DNA of 45,710 nt from an uncultured Clostridia bacterium (GCA_946617595.1 CAMOKN010000017.1:1-45710), one strand, 5' to 3'; positions 19,646 to 29,042 are shown, counted from the first letter of the stretch. Notes: generated by a model not told the origin, from the letters alone. Numbers and translations are program-made.

Positions 19646-19688
19646 GTTACCGCACAGAGCGTGCATCTTACACGCTCTGTGCGGTAAC
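19646..19688. terminator. 18-bp perfect stem downstream of the rpiR-like gene; arms resemble the family B end
   Basis: GTTACCGCACAGAGCGTG-CATCTTA-CACGCTCTGTGCGGTAAC. Confidence 0.55.
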
Positions 19689-19734
19689 TTGTGCTGCTTC
19701 GTGCAGCAGTGCGCGCTTTTGATAATTTTCTTTA

Positions 19735-20610
19735 CTACGTCCTGTCGTTCTCGTCATCTTTTTTGTAGGCATCATTTTCTGCCCAGAGCTCTTCGAGACG
19801 GGTCAAAGTCTGTTCGAGACGTGAACTGTTTCTGACCCCGACCGCTGCAACAAGAGCATTTACGAGGCTCAGCGGTGCTGCGAGACTGTCCGCGTAACTG
19901 ATGATATCACTTTTTGCGAGAAGGAGCTGATTGGCGTATTCCGCAAGCGGAGAAGCCTCAGAATCCGTTATGGCTATGATGTCCGCGCCGCATTTCTTCG
20001 CGTATGCTGTCGCGGTAAGTGTGTTCTTGAAATATCTCGGAAAGGAGATCGAAATAAAAACATCTTCTGAACCAAGCTTTATAAGTTGCTGCAATATTCC
20101 GCTGGAGTTTATCGGCTGAACGTGTATAACATTACCGCACGAAAGCTGAAGGTAGTTGCTGAGAAATCTTGCAAGAATGTCACTGCTCATTGCTCCGAAA
20201 ATATATACACACCGTGCATTTATAATCTTATCCACAGCCGCGTTGAACGTTTCCTCGGATAAATTTTCAAGTGTGTAGCGGATCCTCTCTATATCCTGCG
20301 ACATAACGCTCTTCACGAGCCCGTCCTCGCCGAATCTTTCGTTTGCGATATCGAGTCTTTGAAGTGTAGTAAGACGATTCCTGCCGTAGCTGCGCAGAGC
20401 CTTCTGCATCTCGGGATAGCCTTCAAATCCCATTTCATCTGCAAATCTCACCACAGTGCTCTCACTTACGCCGACAGTTGATCCGAGTTTTGCGGCTGTC
20501 ATGAACGCTGCTTTTTCATAATGCTCTGTAATGAATCTGGCAATTATTTTTTGGCTTTTTGAGAATCCGGGCATTCTCTTTTCTATTTCAGCAACAAGGT
20601 TTTCAGCCAT
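19735..20610 (-). CDS. RpiR/MurR-family transcriptional regulator (HTH + SIS)
   Basis: SKSQKIIA, VGVSESTVVRFA..GFEGY, ISISFPRY and ITDSEASPL motifs; GGAGG RBS before ATG at 20610. Confidence 0.92.
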   Translation of the reverse strand: MAENLVAEIEKRMPGFSKSQKIIARFITEHYEKAAFMTAAKLGSTVGVSESTVVRFADEMGFEGYPEMQKALRSYGRNRLTTLQRLDIANERFGEDGLVKSVMSQDIERIRYTLENLSEETFNAAVDKIINARCVYIFGAMSSDILARFLSNYLQLSCGNVIHVQPINSSGILQQLIKLGSEDVFISISFPRYFKNTLTATAYAKKCGADIIAITDSEASPLAEYANQLLLAKSDIISYADSLAAPLSLVNALVAAVGVRNSSRLEQTLTRLEELWAENDAYKKDDENDRT

Positions 20611-20765
20611 TTGACTATTCCTCCGGAAATTATCATCATATTTTTTACCATTATACAACATTTCAGCAAAAAAATCAAGACAAAAATGCAGTTCTGTAAA
20701 ACAGAAATTGCATTTTGCCCTGATACATTTTTATTCTCAGCAGTTCTGCCGCAGCTGCTATTGTT

Positions 20766-21632
20766 TCAGTCTTCAAGTCCTTTGAGAGCGGCAAGCTCGT
20801 CACGGTTCACGCGGATCTTTGAATCTTTCAGCAGCTTTACATCTTCGCGCTTGTACGGCTGTGCCGGAGCATCTGGATTGCTCTTGAGCTTTACCTTGAG
20901 GATACCGGTAAGCAGGTTAGAATCCTCTACCTGACCCTGTCCGTCAGGAGTCTCCACTATCGCACCCACCTTCGGGGTGATCTTCAGAAGCGCATCATAG
21001 CTGTCCTGTTCATATTTCAGGCAGCACATAAGTCTGCCGCAGGTGCCGGATATCTTAGTCGGATTGAGAGACAGCGACTGTTCTTTTGCCATTTTTATAG
21101 AAACCGGCTGAAATTCTCCGAGAAAAGTCGAGCAGCAGAACGGTCTGCCGCAGATACCGAGTCCGCCGAGCATTCTCGCTTCGTCGCGGACGCCGATCTG
21201 ACGCAGCTCGATACGTGTCCTGTAAATTCCTGCAAGATCTTTTACAAGCTCACGGAAATCCACTCTGTTCTCAGCCGAGAAATAGAAAAGGATCTTGCTC
21301 CCGTCAAAGGTATATTCAACGTCTATCGGCTTCATTTTCAGCCCGTGTTCGCTGATCTTCTTTGTAAAGGTACGCATGATATCGGCTTCCTTCGCCTCAT
21401 TATCCTTGATACGCCTGAGGTCATCTTCGTTTGCGCGCCTTACTATAGGTTTGAGCGGCGAAACGAGATTCGATTCATCGACATCGTGATTTTCGATCAC
21501 CACTTCTCCGCACTCGACACCTCTTGCGGTTTCTACAATTACTTTCTCACCGGCGGAAAATTTTTTTCCCGCAGGTGAAAAGTAGTAAACCTTTCCTATC
21601 TCTTTGAATCTTATCCCTATTATTTCTACCAT
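20766..21632 (-). CDS. yaaT: YaaT/RicT (PSP1 C-terminal domain) protein
   Basis: RVDFRELVKDLA, GICGRPFCC and KISGTCGRLMCCLKYE motifs; follows holB. Confidence 0.92.
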   Translation of the reverse strand: MVEIIGIRFKEIGKVYYFSPAGKKFSAGEKVIVETARGVECGEVVIENHDVDESNLVSPLKPIVRRANEDDLRRIKDNEAKEADIMRTFTKKISEHGLKMKPIDVEYTFDGSKILFYFSAENRVDFRELVKDLAGIYRTRIELRQIGVRDEARMLGGLGICGRPFCCSTFLGEFQPVSIKMAKEQSLSLNPTKISGTCGRLMCCLKYEQDSYDALLKITPKVGAIVETPDGQGQVEDSNLLTGILKVKLKSNPDAPAQPYKREDVKLLKDSKIRVNRDELAALKGLED

Positions 21633-21660
21633 ATTGTTCGTTTTCCTCTGATATGTGACA

Positions 21661-22632
21661 TCAGGCTTTTTCAGCCGTGCTGAACAGTGAGCTGCTGCAT
21701 TCAGCGGCGAACAGCTTCACGTTCGGGTTTGTGAATGACATTCCATACAGTCTCGCTGCTTCTCCGTAAAGCCTTGTCATTGTTTTAAGGCTGTATGCTG
21801 CTGCAAGACGTTCTGTCTGTTTTCTGTATGCTCCGCAGGTGGATCTTCCGGCTTTGACGGCTGAAGTCTGCGCAAAGATATCCGATAATATCCCAAGAGC
21901 TTCAAATATCTCACCTCGCGTCTTCAATGCAAGAAAAGCATTGAGACAATCCAGCTCTTTCTTTGATGATAAGGCATCGGCAGCTTTGATCGCAGCTGTC
22001 AGGTACGGTATCTCCTCACCGCACTGCTCAAATCCGAGCGCAGCTCCGATATTCCCGCCGAATCGTTCATACAGTTCGGGTATATGTGAACGTTCGATGC
22101 AGTTATCTGTCAGAGCACGCGAAAACTCGTCTTCATCGGCTCCATCGACCTCTACCGCGACGACTCTCGATAATACAGTCTGTAATATCGGCGATTTTTT
22201 ATCCGCAATGAATATATATCTGTTGAAATCAAGCGGTTCTTCTATAAATTTCAGCAGCGAATTCTGACAGGTCACAGACATTTCGTCCAGTTCTTCAAAT
22301 ATGCAGACGCGGATATCACCGTCGTTGGGCTTGATATAACAGCTTGTAATAAAATCCCTGAGTTCGCCTACGTGGTATGCCCGGTTCTCCATAAATGAAA
22401 GGGGATATACTACGTCCGGGTGTATATGCTGCTCAATACGGCGGCACTGGCTGCATCTCATACACGGTGCGGCATCTCTGTTCTCACATAGATACATCAT
22501 CGCGGTATGATCGGCAAGAGTGTGCTTTCCGATACCCTTTGCCCCGAAAAAAAGCAGGGCATGGGGGATCCTTCCGGAACTCCTGAAACCGTTCAGTAAA
22601 GACAGCGCGTGTTTTTTTCCGTAAAGTTCCAT
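21661..22632 (-). CDS. holB: DNA polymerase III delta-prime subunit
   Basis: HALLFFGAKGIGK, zinc motif C..PCMRCSQC, HPD and NSLLKFIEEP; yaaQ-holB-yaaT gene order. Confidence 0.85.
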   Translation of the reverse strand: MELYGKKHALSLLNGFRSSGRIPHALLFFGAKGIGKHTLADHTAMMYLCENRDAAPCMRCSQCRRIEQHIHPDVVYPLSFMENRAYHVGELRDFITSCYIKPNDGDIRVCIFEELDEMSVTCQNSLLKFIEEPLDFNRYIFIADKKSPILQTVLSRVVAVEVDGADEDEFSRALTDNCIERSHIPELYERFGGNIGAALGFEQCGEEIPYLTAAIKAADALSSKKELDCLNAFLALKTRGEIFEALGILSDIFAQTSAVKAGRSTCGAYRKQTERLAAAYSLKTMTRLYGEAARLYGMSFTNPNVKLFAAECSSSLFSTAEKA

Positions 22633-22958
22633 TACAGTTTTTCAAATCTTTCTATATCCGTGACAAACACGGTAGCTCCTCCGACGCTCACCTCGACCGG
22701 GTAGCTTTCGGGGGCTTCTTTTGCCGATAAAGAAGCGGCATTAGGCACATACTGCTTGCGTTTGCGGGAATTTTGAGCGATCGTTGCGATTATTCCGTCA
22801 ACCGCCGAATTTTCGCAGGCGATCATGAACGTGGTATTTCCCGCCATGAGAAATCCGCCTGTAGAAGCGAGTTTCGTGGCGGAGAATCCTCCCTGCGTCA
22901 GCGCGGAAGAGACCGAATGTGCATCGTCGTTATTTACTATTGCAAAAATAAGCTTCAT
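22632..22958 (-). CDS. darA: PII-like cyclic-di-AMP receptor DarA/PstA (YaaQ, DUF970)
   Basis: MKLIFAIV, TKLASTGGFL.AGNTT and VGGATVFV motifs. Confidence 0.92.
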   Translation of the reverse strand: MKLIFAIVNNDDAHSVSSALTQGGFSATKLASTGGFLMAGNTTFMIACENSAVDGIIATIAQNSRKRKQYVPNAASLSAKEAPESYPVEVSVGGATVFVTDIERFEKL

Positions 22959-23086
22959 AGCTTTTACCCTCTGTTCATAAATTTAAAGGCACTACAGTCA
23001 TTATCCGCAAGACTGCAGATCATGCTGTACATCAGCAGCAGTTATCGAGAACACATCAATTATATCACAAATCTCAGAAAAAGTAA

Positions 23087-23103
23087 AGGCTATACCGCAC
23101 AAA
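23087..23103 (+). repeat. Solo family B terminal repeat
   Basis: AGGCTATACCGCACAAA is identical to the ends at 18656 and 19456. Confidence 0.7.
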
Positions 23104-23126
23104 CGCTGTCAGCTGACAGCATTATA

Positions 23127-23477
23127 TCATACAGTGTCTTTTGTAACGACCACATCTGTTCCTGTGCCACAGACATTTCTGACCGCGATATCTCCGATCT
23201 TTACAGGCAATTTCAGCTCTGCACTTTTGATGCTGTTTACAACATCAAAGATCTTATCTTTCGGAACAGCGCTCCGTGTTTTGACCGGAACGGGTATCCC
23301 CTTATCGCTGATGATCGTGGTAGTGACCATTCTCGTTGGCGAAGAAACTTCTGATTCGGCATACTTTTTACCTATCCCGCAGGTATTTCCGGTAACGCTG
23401 ACGGCTTTTCCGTCCTCAACTTCCACTGTCAGCTCACAGCCCATTGGACAGCCTATACATATCATATTCCTCGTCAT
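23127..23477 (-). CDS. DUF1667-like Cys-motif protein
   Basis: CIGCPMGC, GNTC..GKKYA and PTRMVTT; overlaps the upstream gene. Confidence 0.85.
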   Translation of the reverse strand: MTRNMICIGCPMGCELTVEVEDGKAVSVTGNTCGIGKKYAESEVSSPTRMVTTTIISDKGIPVPVKTRSAVPKDKIFDVVNSIKSAELKLPVKIGDIAVRNVCGTGTDVVVTKDTV

Positions 23478-24745
23478 ACGGCACCCTCCTCTATCTCTGC
23501 GACCAGTTCACCGCTCACAGATGAAAGCATCTCAGGTTTGATGATAATATCTTCCATCTCACCGGGAACGACGATCTTTTTCTTTTTCGAGTAAATAACA
23601 CTGCCTCCGCTGATAAGCTTTATCGTGCAGCCTTTATATACATTCCGTACTCTGAACCTCAGATGTATGTCACCCGATGCGTTTGCGGCATCTATAGTAT
23701 TCGGAACAGTATAGCGAACACCGTTTCCTGCTGTCACTCTGACTATGACCGGCTCATTCTTTGTTTTGCCGCAAGACCTGATGAAATCAGCAGCATTTTT
23801 GCCGGCGCGTGAGGATTCCTCAGATACAAAATCCACCAGATCGTGAACATGAAGAACATTTCCGCAGGCGAAGATACCGTCTGTGCTGGTTTCGAGCCTG
23901 TCGTCAACAACAGGTCCGTTCGTAGCGCCGTTTATTTTAACTCCCGCAGAAAGTGACAGTTCATTCTCCGGTATAAGTCCGCATGACAGGAGCAGCGTAT
24001 CACATTCGTAGTATTCCTCGGTTCCGGGTATCGGAGTGCCGCTTTGATCTACTTCGGCGACAGTCACGCCTTCAAGCCTGCGCTTTCCCTTTATATCAAC
24101 TACAGTATGGCTCAGGAGCAGCGGGATCCCGTAGTCGTCAAGACACTGCACGATATTTCTTTTCAGTCCGCCGGAATACGGCATCAGTTCTGCGACTGCC
24201 TTTACGTGCGCGCCCTCAAGTGTCATTCTTCTTGCCATTATCAGTCCGATATCGCCTGAACCGAGGATAACAACTTCCTTACCGATAACGCAGCCCTCAC
24301 AGTTTACGAGCTTCTGAGCCGTACCTGCGCTGTATATGCCCTGCGGCCTCATTCCGGGAATATTCAGAGCGCCTCTCGGACGCTCACGGCAGCCCATTGA
24401 AAGGATTATCGCGTCGGCGGAGATAATCCTCATTCCCTTTTCTCTGCTGACAACGGTTATCTGCCTGTCAGGGCTTACAGACAGCACGGTGCTTCCTGTC
24501 TCATAGCGGATATTTCTCCGTTTTACCTCGTCAATATATCTTCCCGCATACTCGGGACCGGTCAGTTCCTCCTTGAAGGTGTGCAGCCCGAACCCATTAT
24601 GTATGCACTGGTTCAGGATCCCGCCCAGTTCATTTTCACGCTCAAATATCGTTACATCGGTGATACCGCTGTCATACGCGGAAACTGCCGCTGCCATTCC
24701 GGCAGGACCTCCGCCTATTACCGCAAGAGAGATATGTTCAGCCAT
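23474..24745 (-). CDS. NAD(P)/FAD-dependent oxidoreductase (pyridine nucleotide-disulfide type)
   Basis: GGGPAG, GGILNQCIHNGFG, GSGDIGLIMARR and GNVLHVHDLVD motifs. Confidence 0.9.
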   Translation of the reverse strand: MAEHISLAVIGGGPAGMAAAVSAYDSGITDVTIFERENELGGILNQCIHNGFGLHTFKEELTGPEYAGRYIDEVKRRNIRYETGSTVLSVSPDRQITVVSREKGMRIISADAIILSMGCRERPRGALNIPGMRPQGIYSAGTAQKLVNCEGCVIGKEVVILGSGDIGLIMARRMTLEGAHVKAVAELMPYSGGLKRNIVQCLDDYGIPLLLSHTVVDIKGKRRLEGVTVAEVDQSGTPIPGTEEYYECDTLLLSCGLIPENELSLSAGVKINGATNGPVVDDRLETSTDGIFACGNVLHVHDLVDFVSEESSRAGKNAADFIRSCGKTKNEPVIVRVTAGNGVRYTVPNTIDAANASGDIHLRFRVRNVYKGCTIKLISGGSVIYSKKKKIVVPGEMEDIIIKPEMLSSVSGELVAEIEEGAV

Positions 24746-26144
24746 TTTTCTTCACCTCGCTTAGTGGTATCCCTTGTTTTTCTGCAAGCATAGCCATTAT
24801 CTTCGGCGTACAGAATCCGCCCTGACATCTTCCCATACCCGAGCCTGTTCTGCGTTTCACGCCGTCGAGAGTAGTTGCACCGAGCGGACGGTTTATGCTG
24901 TCGGCGATCTCGCCCTCGCTTACCTGTGAGCAGCGGCATACCATCATACCGTAATCCGGATTTTCTTTTATAAGCTCCGCTCTTTTTTCCGGAGGCAGCA
25001 TTGCGAGAAGCGTAATGCCCTTTCTTTCGGGTCTGAAATCCTTCTTTTCCTTGAGCGGCAATATCCCGCCTACTATGTCCCGTATATACAGTGCAATAGC
25101 CGGTGCGCTGCTGAGTCCGGGAGATTCTATCCCGGCAGCGTCAATGAAGCCCTTTACCTTCTCGTCTTCACGTATTATGAAATCACCTGTGTCGGCAGAA
25201 GCACGCAGTCCGGAGAACGATGTTATCACCTGATTATATGGGATATCCTTCACCGAAAGGGCGCTCTTTGCCTTTACCGATGCAATTCCCTCCCGTGTCG
25301 TTGAGGTATCTTCCTTGTCCTCGATATTGTCCGCTGTGGGACCGAGCAGGAGGTTCCCGTGAACGGTGGGTGTAACAAGTATTCCCTTGCCCATGTGCGT
25401 CGGGAGCTGGAATATCGTTTTTTTCACGATACCTCCGGCGCAGGTGTCAAGCAGCATATACTCGCCCTTTCTGGGGGTTATCCCGAAAGCGTGGTAGCAG
25501 ACCATATCATGTATCTTATCGGCATAAACGCCTGCGCAGTTTATTACGCACTTTGCCTTTATTTCGCCTTTTGACGAGGAAATAACGAAAATATCATCAT
25601 TTTTAGTGATATCCGTCACCTCGTTGGACAAGCTGAATTCCGCACCGTTATCATAAGCATTTTCCGCAAACGCAAGGGTCATAGTAAAAGGACAGACTAT
25701 TCCGGAAGTCGGGGCATACAGCGCCGCATACACTTCATCGGATAAATTCGGCTCCATTTCATGAGCCTCTTCACAGGAAAGTATCTTGAGGCCGCTGACT
25801 CCGTTCTCCTCACCGCGTTTTTTGAGTTCCTCCAGCTTCGGTATCTCATCTTTGCTGCGGCAGACTACAAACGCTCCGATGCGGAAAAAAGGAAAATCCA
25901 GTTCCTTTGAAAGCCTGTCCATAAGAGCGTTTCCCTGCACATTAAGCTTTGCCTTGAGTGAGCCGGGTTCTGCGTCGAATCCGGCATGGATTATGGCGCT
26001 GTTCGCTTTGCTTGTACCCTCACACACATCGCTTTCCTTGTCAATGACGATCACTGACAGCTCATACCTCGAAAGTTCTCTTGCCGCCGCACAGCCGACA
26101 ACTCCGGCTCCTATGACTGCGGCATCATAGATTTTCTGATCCAT
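24738..26144 (-). CDS. FAD-dependent oxidoreductase, GlpA/LhgO-like, with BFD-like [2Fe-2S] domain
   Basis: GAGVVG, GTSKANSAIIHAGFD and SPGLSSAPA; C-terminal CRC...GRCQGGFC. Confidence 0.88.
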   Translation of the reverse strand: MDQKIYDAAVIGAGVVGCAAARELSRYELSVIVIDKESDVCEGTSKANSAIIHAGFDAEPGSLKAKLNVQGNALMDRLSKELDFPFFRIGAFVVCRSKDEIPKLEELKKRGEENGVSGLKILSCEEAHEMEPNLSDEVYAALYAPTSGIVCPFTMTLAFAENAYDNGAEFSLSNEVTDITKNDDIFVISSSKGEIKAKCVINCAGVYADKIHDMVCYHAFGITPRKGEYMLLDTCAGGIVKKTIFQLPTHMGKGILVTPTVHGNLLLGPTADNIEDKEDTSTTREGIASVKAKSALSVKDIPYNQVITSFSGLRASADTGDFIIREDEKVKGFIDAAGIESPGLSSAPAIALYIRDIVGGILPLKEKKDFRPERKGITLLAMLPPEKRAELIKENPDYGMMVCRCSQVSEGEIADSINRPLGATTLDGVKRRTGSGMGRCQGGFCTPKIMAMLAEKQGIPLSEVKKNG

Positions 26145-26162
26145 CCGGACACTCCTTTGCTA

Positions 26163-26325
26163 AGGAACCGCTGATTAAATCCCGCACGCCGCCTGCACCA
26201 CATCTTCAGTCTTCATCTTGCACAGATTTTCCTTGACATACGCCAGTATGCCTGCGAAAAATTTGTACAATCTGCCGACTGAATCTGTGGCACAATCGAC
26301 ATACGGTCTTTAATCATCGTTTCCT
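26163..26325. mobile_element. MITE-like long-hairpin element, family C (163 bp)
   Basis: TIRs AGGAACCGCTGATTAAA and TTTAATCATCGTTTCCT (15/17). Nested stems with CATA-CGCCAG-TATG apex. Confidence 0.75.
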
Positions 26326-26326
26326 G

Positions 26327-26360
26327 AAAAACAGGGAGCAGCGTTCTGCGGCTGCTCCCT
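26327..26360 (-). terminator. Rho-independent terminator of the lipoprotein gene
   Basis: AGGGAGCAGC/GCTGCTCCCT stem followed by a U-tract on the - strand. Confidence 0.75.
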
Positions 26361-26373
26361 CAGGTCATATTGT

Positions 26374-27153
26374 TTATTCACCGCTTTTTTCTGTTTCTTC
26401 AAGACTATTCAGATATTCCTGAAAATTCACCTTCTGATAATCGTCCGGAACAACAAAGTATGATTCATCGGGAACATTGTTTTCAAGCCGTGTGATCTTT
26501 GTTACATTGTCACCGGATATCAGATATCTGAGATCATCTGTCTCGGTATCGAAATAATATTTTATCTGCGAGCTTCCGTCTGATATTGTCTCACAGTTGT
26601 ATGTGACTCCGTCATATTCTTCCACCGAAGATTCAAACTTTGAGGTCTTTACTTCATTTGCCTTCATTTTAAGCTTGTACTGGCTGATGATATCTTTTAC
26701 ATAGCTCTCTGTATAGCCGAGATCATAAACGGTCTTTGTGCTGTCTTCTATAATATAACTGCCGTTTGTGGAATAAATAATATTATTTTTTGTGCCGCTG
26801 TCGTTTGTCGAGCAGGTTGCTATGTTGTTTTCATCTTTGAAATAAAGCCCTGAGTGCACCACTCCATTGCCGCTGATAGATGTCGTCTCCATTATGAGCG
26901 GAACACTCATTCTTTTTTCAAGGTATTTTCTGAACAGCGGAGCAACTCCCGCGATATACTCCAGAGCTTCTTCCGTTGTATCTTCCTCGTTGCTTGAATA
27001 TACGACATCGGTGACCTTGCCCTCTTCCGCTGTGGTCGTGGTGGTCGCTTCTGTGGTTGTACCCTGTGTATTTACAGGGGTGTTGTTATTTGAATTGCAG
27101 CCAGAGATCAAAAGCAATGCCGCAAGCACTATCATAGCTGTTATTTTTTTCAT
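26374..27153 (-). CDS. Hypothetical lipoprotein with Thr-rich linker
   Basis: MKKITAMIVLAALLLISGC lipobox; AAAGGA RBS; beta-rich body ending F.VP.DY. Confidence 0.8.
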   Translation of the reverse strand: MKKITAMIVLAALLLISGCNSNNNTPVNTQGTTTEATTTTTAEEGKVTDVVYSSNEEDTTEEALEYIAGVAPLFRKYLEKRMSVPLIMETTSISGNGVVHSGLYFKDENNIATCSTNDSGTKNNIIYSTNGSYIIEDSTKTVYDLGYTESYVKDIISQYKLKMKANEVKTSKFESSVEEYDGVTYNCETISDGSSQIKYYFDTETDDLRYLISGDNVTKITRLENNVPDESYFVVPDDYQKVNFQEYLNSLEETEKSGE

Positions 27154-27326
27154 AATATCTTTTTCCTTTCTCTTTTGCATCTGTAGATTTCCCACACATT
27201 AATATTAATATACAGCAAATTTATGGTTTCGTCAACCTTTTTTGCAACAACTTCATCTTTTTAACACAATAATCATCACAATTTTCAGATTTGAATAAGT
27301 TTTCCGACCTTTTTTGTACGATTTGT

Positions 27327-27426
27327 CCCCGGTTCTTTTCGGAAGCGAAAGGAACCGAAAGCTGATCCCATTCCACGGAGATCCATACATCTGCAAAAAT
27401 AATTTAAAACGGCATTTTGACAAACT
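27327..27426 (-). repeat. Partial family D element abutting a terminator
   Basis: On - strand, AGTTTGTCAAAA end plus hairpin GGTTCCTTTC-GCTTCC-GAAAAGAACC, matching 39164-39243. Confidence 0.65.
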
Positions 27427-27456
27427 AAGCTCCCTATGCATGAGCATAAGGAGCTT
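27427..27456 (-). terminator. Stem-loop after the micro-ORF
   Basis: AAGCTCC.TATGC/GCATA.GGAGCTT inverted repeat. Confidence 0.6.
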
Positions 27457-27466
27457 CAGTTCTCAT

Positions 27467-27637
27467 TTATCTTCTGCGATTTTTTCTCTTGCCCTTATTT
27501 TTCTTTTTCTTGCTGCTTATAACAGCGAAAATGATACAGCCTGCAAGTATGACTGCGGAGCCTATAACAGCCCAGATCAGTACAGGAGATAATTCCGTGC
27601 CTGTAGCAGGATTAAAAGCGGACAAAACAAGTTCCAT
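27467..27637 (-). CDS. 56-aa microprotein: NPATG motif, TM helix and basic tail (absent from the ORF track)
   Basis: Manual translation MELVLSAFNPATGTELSPVLIWAVIGSAVILAGCIIFAVISSKKKKNKGKRKNRRR. GAAAGGAAG RBS upstream; hairpin after the stop. Confidence 0.75.
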   Translation of the reverse strand: MELVLSAFNPATGTELSPVLIWAVIGSAVILAGCIIFAVISSKKKKNKGKRKNRRR

Positions 27638-27661
27638 GACCTTATCTTCCTTTCTGTGATC

Positions 27662-28591
27662 TTATTTTTTCTTTTTTATCACCATCATAATGAGTACAAC
27701 TATTACTGCAAGTATGATAACCCCGGCAACTATGCCGACGATCATAAGGGTCGAATCTCTTGAACCGAACCCCTGACCGGAAGATGACGTTACGACCGAA
27801 GAGGTCACCGACTGAGAAGGCTCAGTCTGAGCAGATGTCTCTGCCGCATTGTCAGAAGCGTCCGCCTCAGTCACTTCAGCAGCTGTGGTTTCTTCGGGAG
27901 CCGATGTCTGCGGAGCCTCGGAAGTCGTTTCCTCCGGTGCCTCGTCCCCTTCTGTTCCGGCGCTGAACCTCTCATGACCCTCAAATTCGAGAGCACCGTT
28001 TGCGTCGGCATATATGGCAACCGTCCCGTCGGGACCGTAGACATACATTTCATCGACCGTCATCGAATAATTGGGGGATTTATTTCCCCAGTCCTTGAAC
28101 GAAAATGTTACATCACGGTCGGGCGCGTGAACTTCAACACCGCCAAAGTCGCATGAAAGCAGGTATCTGTTGTCGCCGAGACTTATCACGGCAGCCTTTC
28201 CTTCGGAACCCTCTTTTTCATTGAGCGAATTATAATCGAACTGGAACCAGTTGTTATTGGTGGCAGTTCCCCCGAATTCGGCGCCTATGCCGATAAATCC
28301 GGCAAAATCCGTGAACGCTGTCTGTTCGCCGTCATCATAATACCCGTTGCTGCGCTCTGAAGCATACTTGTCCGCATCTCCGCTGAGTGTCAGCACAAGG
28401 TCGATGCCAGATATATTCTCTGCAGATGCGTTGATCTCAGGGGACAGTGTGATGGTCCACTGGCTGTCATCTGAAATGAGCGTATCGGCAGGATCGGATA
28501 CTTCGGTGATATAAGCACCCGACGGTACAGCGAGCACAGCTGCGGCAGCGAGCGAGGTGACTGCTGCCAGAACAGATCTTCTTTTTTTCAT
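27662..28591 (-). CDS. Secreted, C-terminally membrane-anchored hypothetical protein
   Basis: Signal peptide MKKRRSVLAAVTSLAAAAVLAVPSGA, acidic beta-rich domain, E/T/A/S linker, TM and KKKK; GGAGG upstream. Confidence 0.8.
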   Translation of the reverse strand: MKKRRSVLAAVTSLAAAAVLAVPSGAYITEVSDPADTLISDDSQWTITLSPEINASAENISGIDLVLTLSGDADKYASERSNGYYDDGEQTAFTDFAGFIGIGAEFGGTATNNNWFQFDYNSLNEKEGSEGKAAVISLGDNRYLLSCDFGGVEVHAPDRDVTFSFKDWGNKSPNYSMTVDEMYVYGPDGTVAIYADANGALEFEGHERFSAGTEGDEAPEETTSEAPQTSAPEETTAAEVTEADASDNAAETSAQTEPSQSVTSSVVTSSSGQGFGSRDSTLMIVGIVAGVIILAVIVVLIMMVIKKKK

Positions 28592-28718
28592 AGTGTCCCT
28601 TATCCTCCGTTTTTTCATAACTTTCTCTTGATTCGTGTGATGATTTGATATTTGTAAAAGAAAATTCCTCACAGAAGGGACTTCCGTGAGGAATCTTTGC
28701 TTGCCGAGGCTTCTCGGC

Positions 28719-28810
28719 TGGCGGAGAAGGAGGGATTCGAACCCTCGAACCGCTTTTGACGGTTACGCGATTTCCAATCGCGCGCGCTCGACCAGCTACG
28801 CGACTTCTCC
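28719..28810 (-). tRNA. tRNA-Ser(GGA)
   Basis: GGAGAAG acceptor stem, anticodon arm CGCGA-TTGGAAA-TCGCG, long variable arm, GGTTCGAATCC and encoded CCA. Confidence 0.97.
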
Positions 28811-28841
28811 ATGACCGGTTTACCTTCAATATACGCTTGAT

Positions 28842-28870
28842 ATTTTACCACAAACATTCTGGTTTGTCAA
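28842..28870 (-). promoter_or_regulatory. Sigma-A promoter of tRNA-Ser
   Basis: TTGACA-N17-TAAAAT on the - strand with extended TG. Confidence 0.75.
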
Positions 28871-28955
28871 TACCTATTTGTCGATTTTTTGAATTTTTTT
28901 GCAAAAATATTTCGGCTGCAAAAACAAGTTTTCTGCATAACAAGCACTCTTACCG

Positions 28956-28984
28956 TTGACACAAGGCATTGTTTGTGGTATAAT
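28956..28984 (+). promoter_or_regulatory. Sigma-A promoter of the EAL gene
   Basis: TTGACA-N17-TATAAT with extended TG. Confidence 0.8.
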
Positions 28985-29042
28985 TTAATCAACAAACATT
29001 TTCCGCTTTCTACAGAGAAAATTTATTTTTGGGAGGACTCCT

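Noticed and set aside
18653-19690. Repeats as a CRISPR array or integron attC sites
   Set aside because: Only two direct copies 800 bp apart, with no regular spacers, no cas or integrase genes and no GTTRRRY/RYYYAAC core pairs. TIR-bounded elements explain them better.
22960-23060. Riboswitch in the darA leader (also small hairpins at 10170-10205)
   Set aside because: Only short hairpins, with no recognisable c-di-AMP or c-di-GMP aptamer consensus by eye. An Rfam scan would be needed.
28719-28810. tRNA-Ser as an island integration site
   Set aside because: No integrase, and I saw no duplicate of the tRNA 3' end in the window.
28467-28857. Track ORFs 28467-28829 and 28669-28857
   Set aside because: They overlap the tRNA gene and are spurious.
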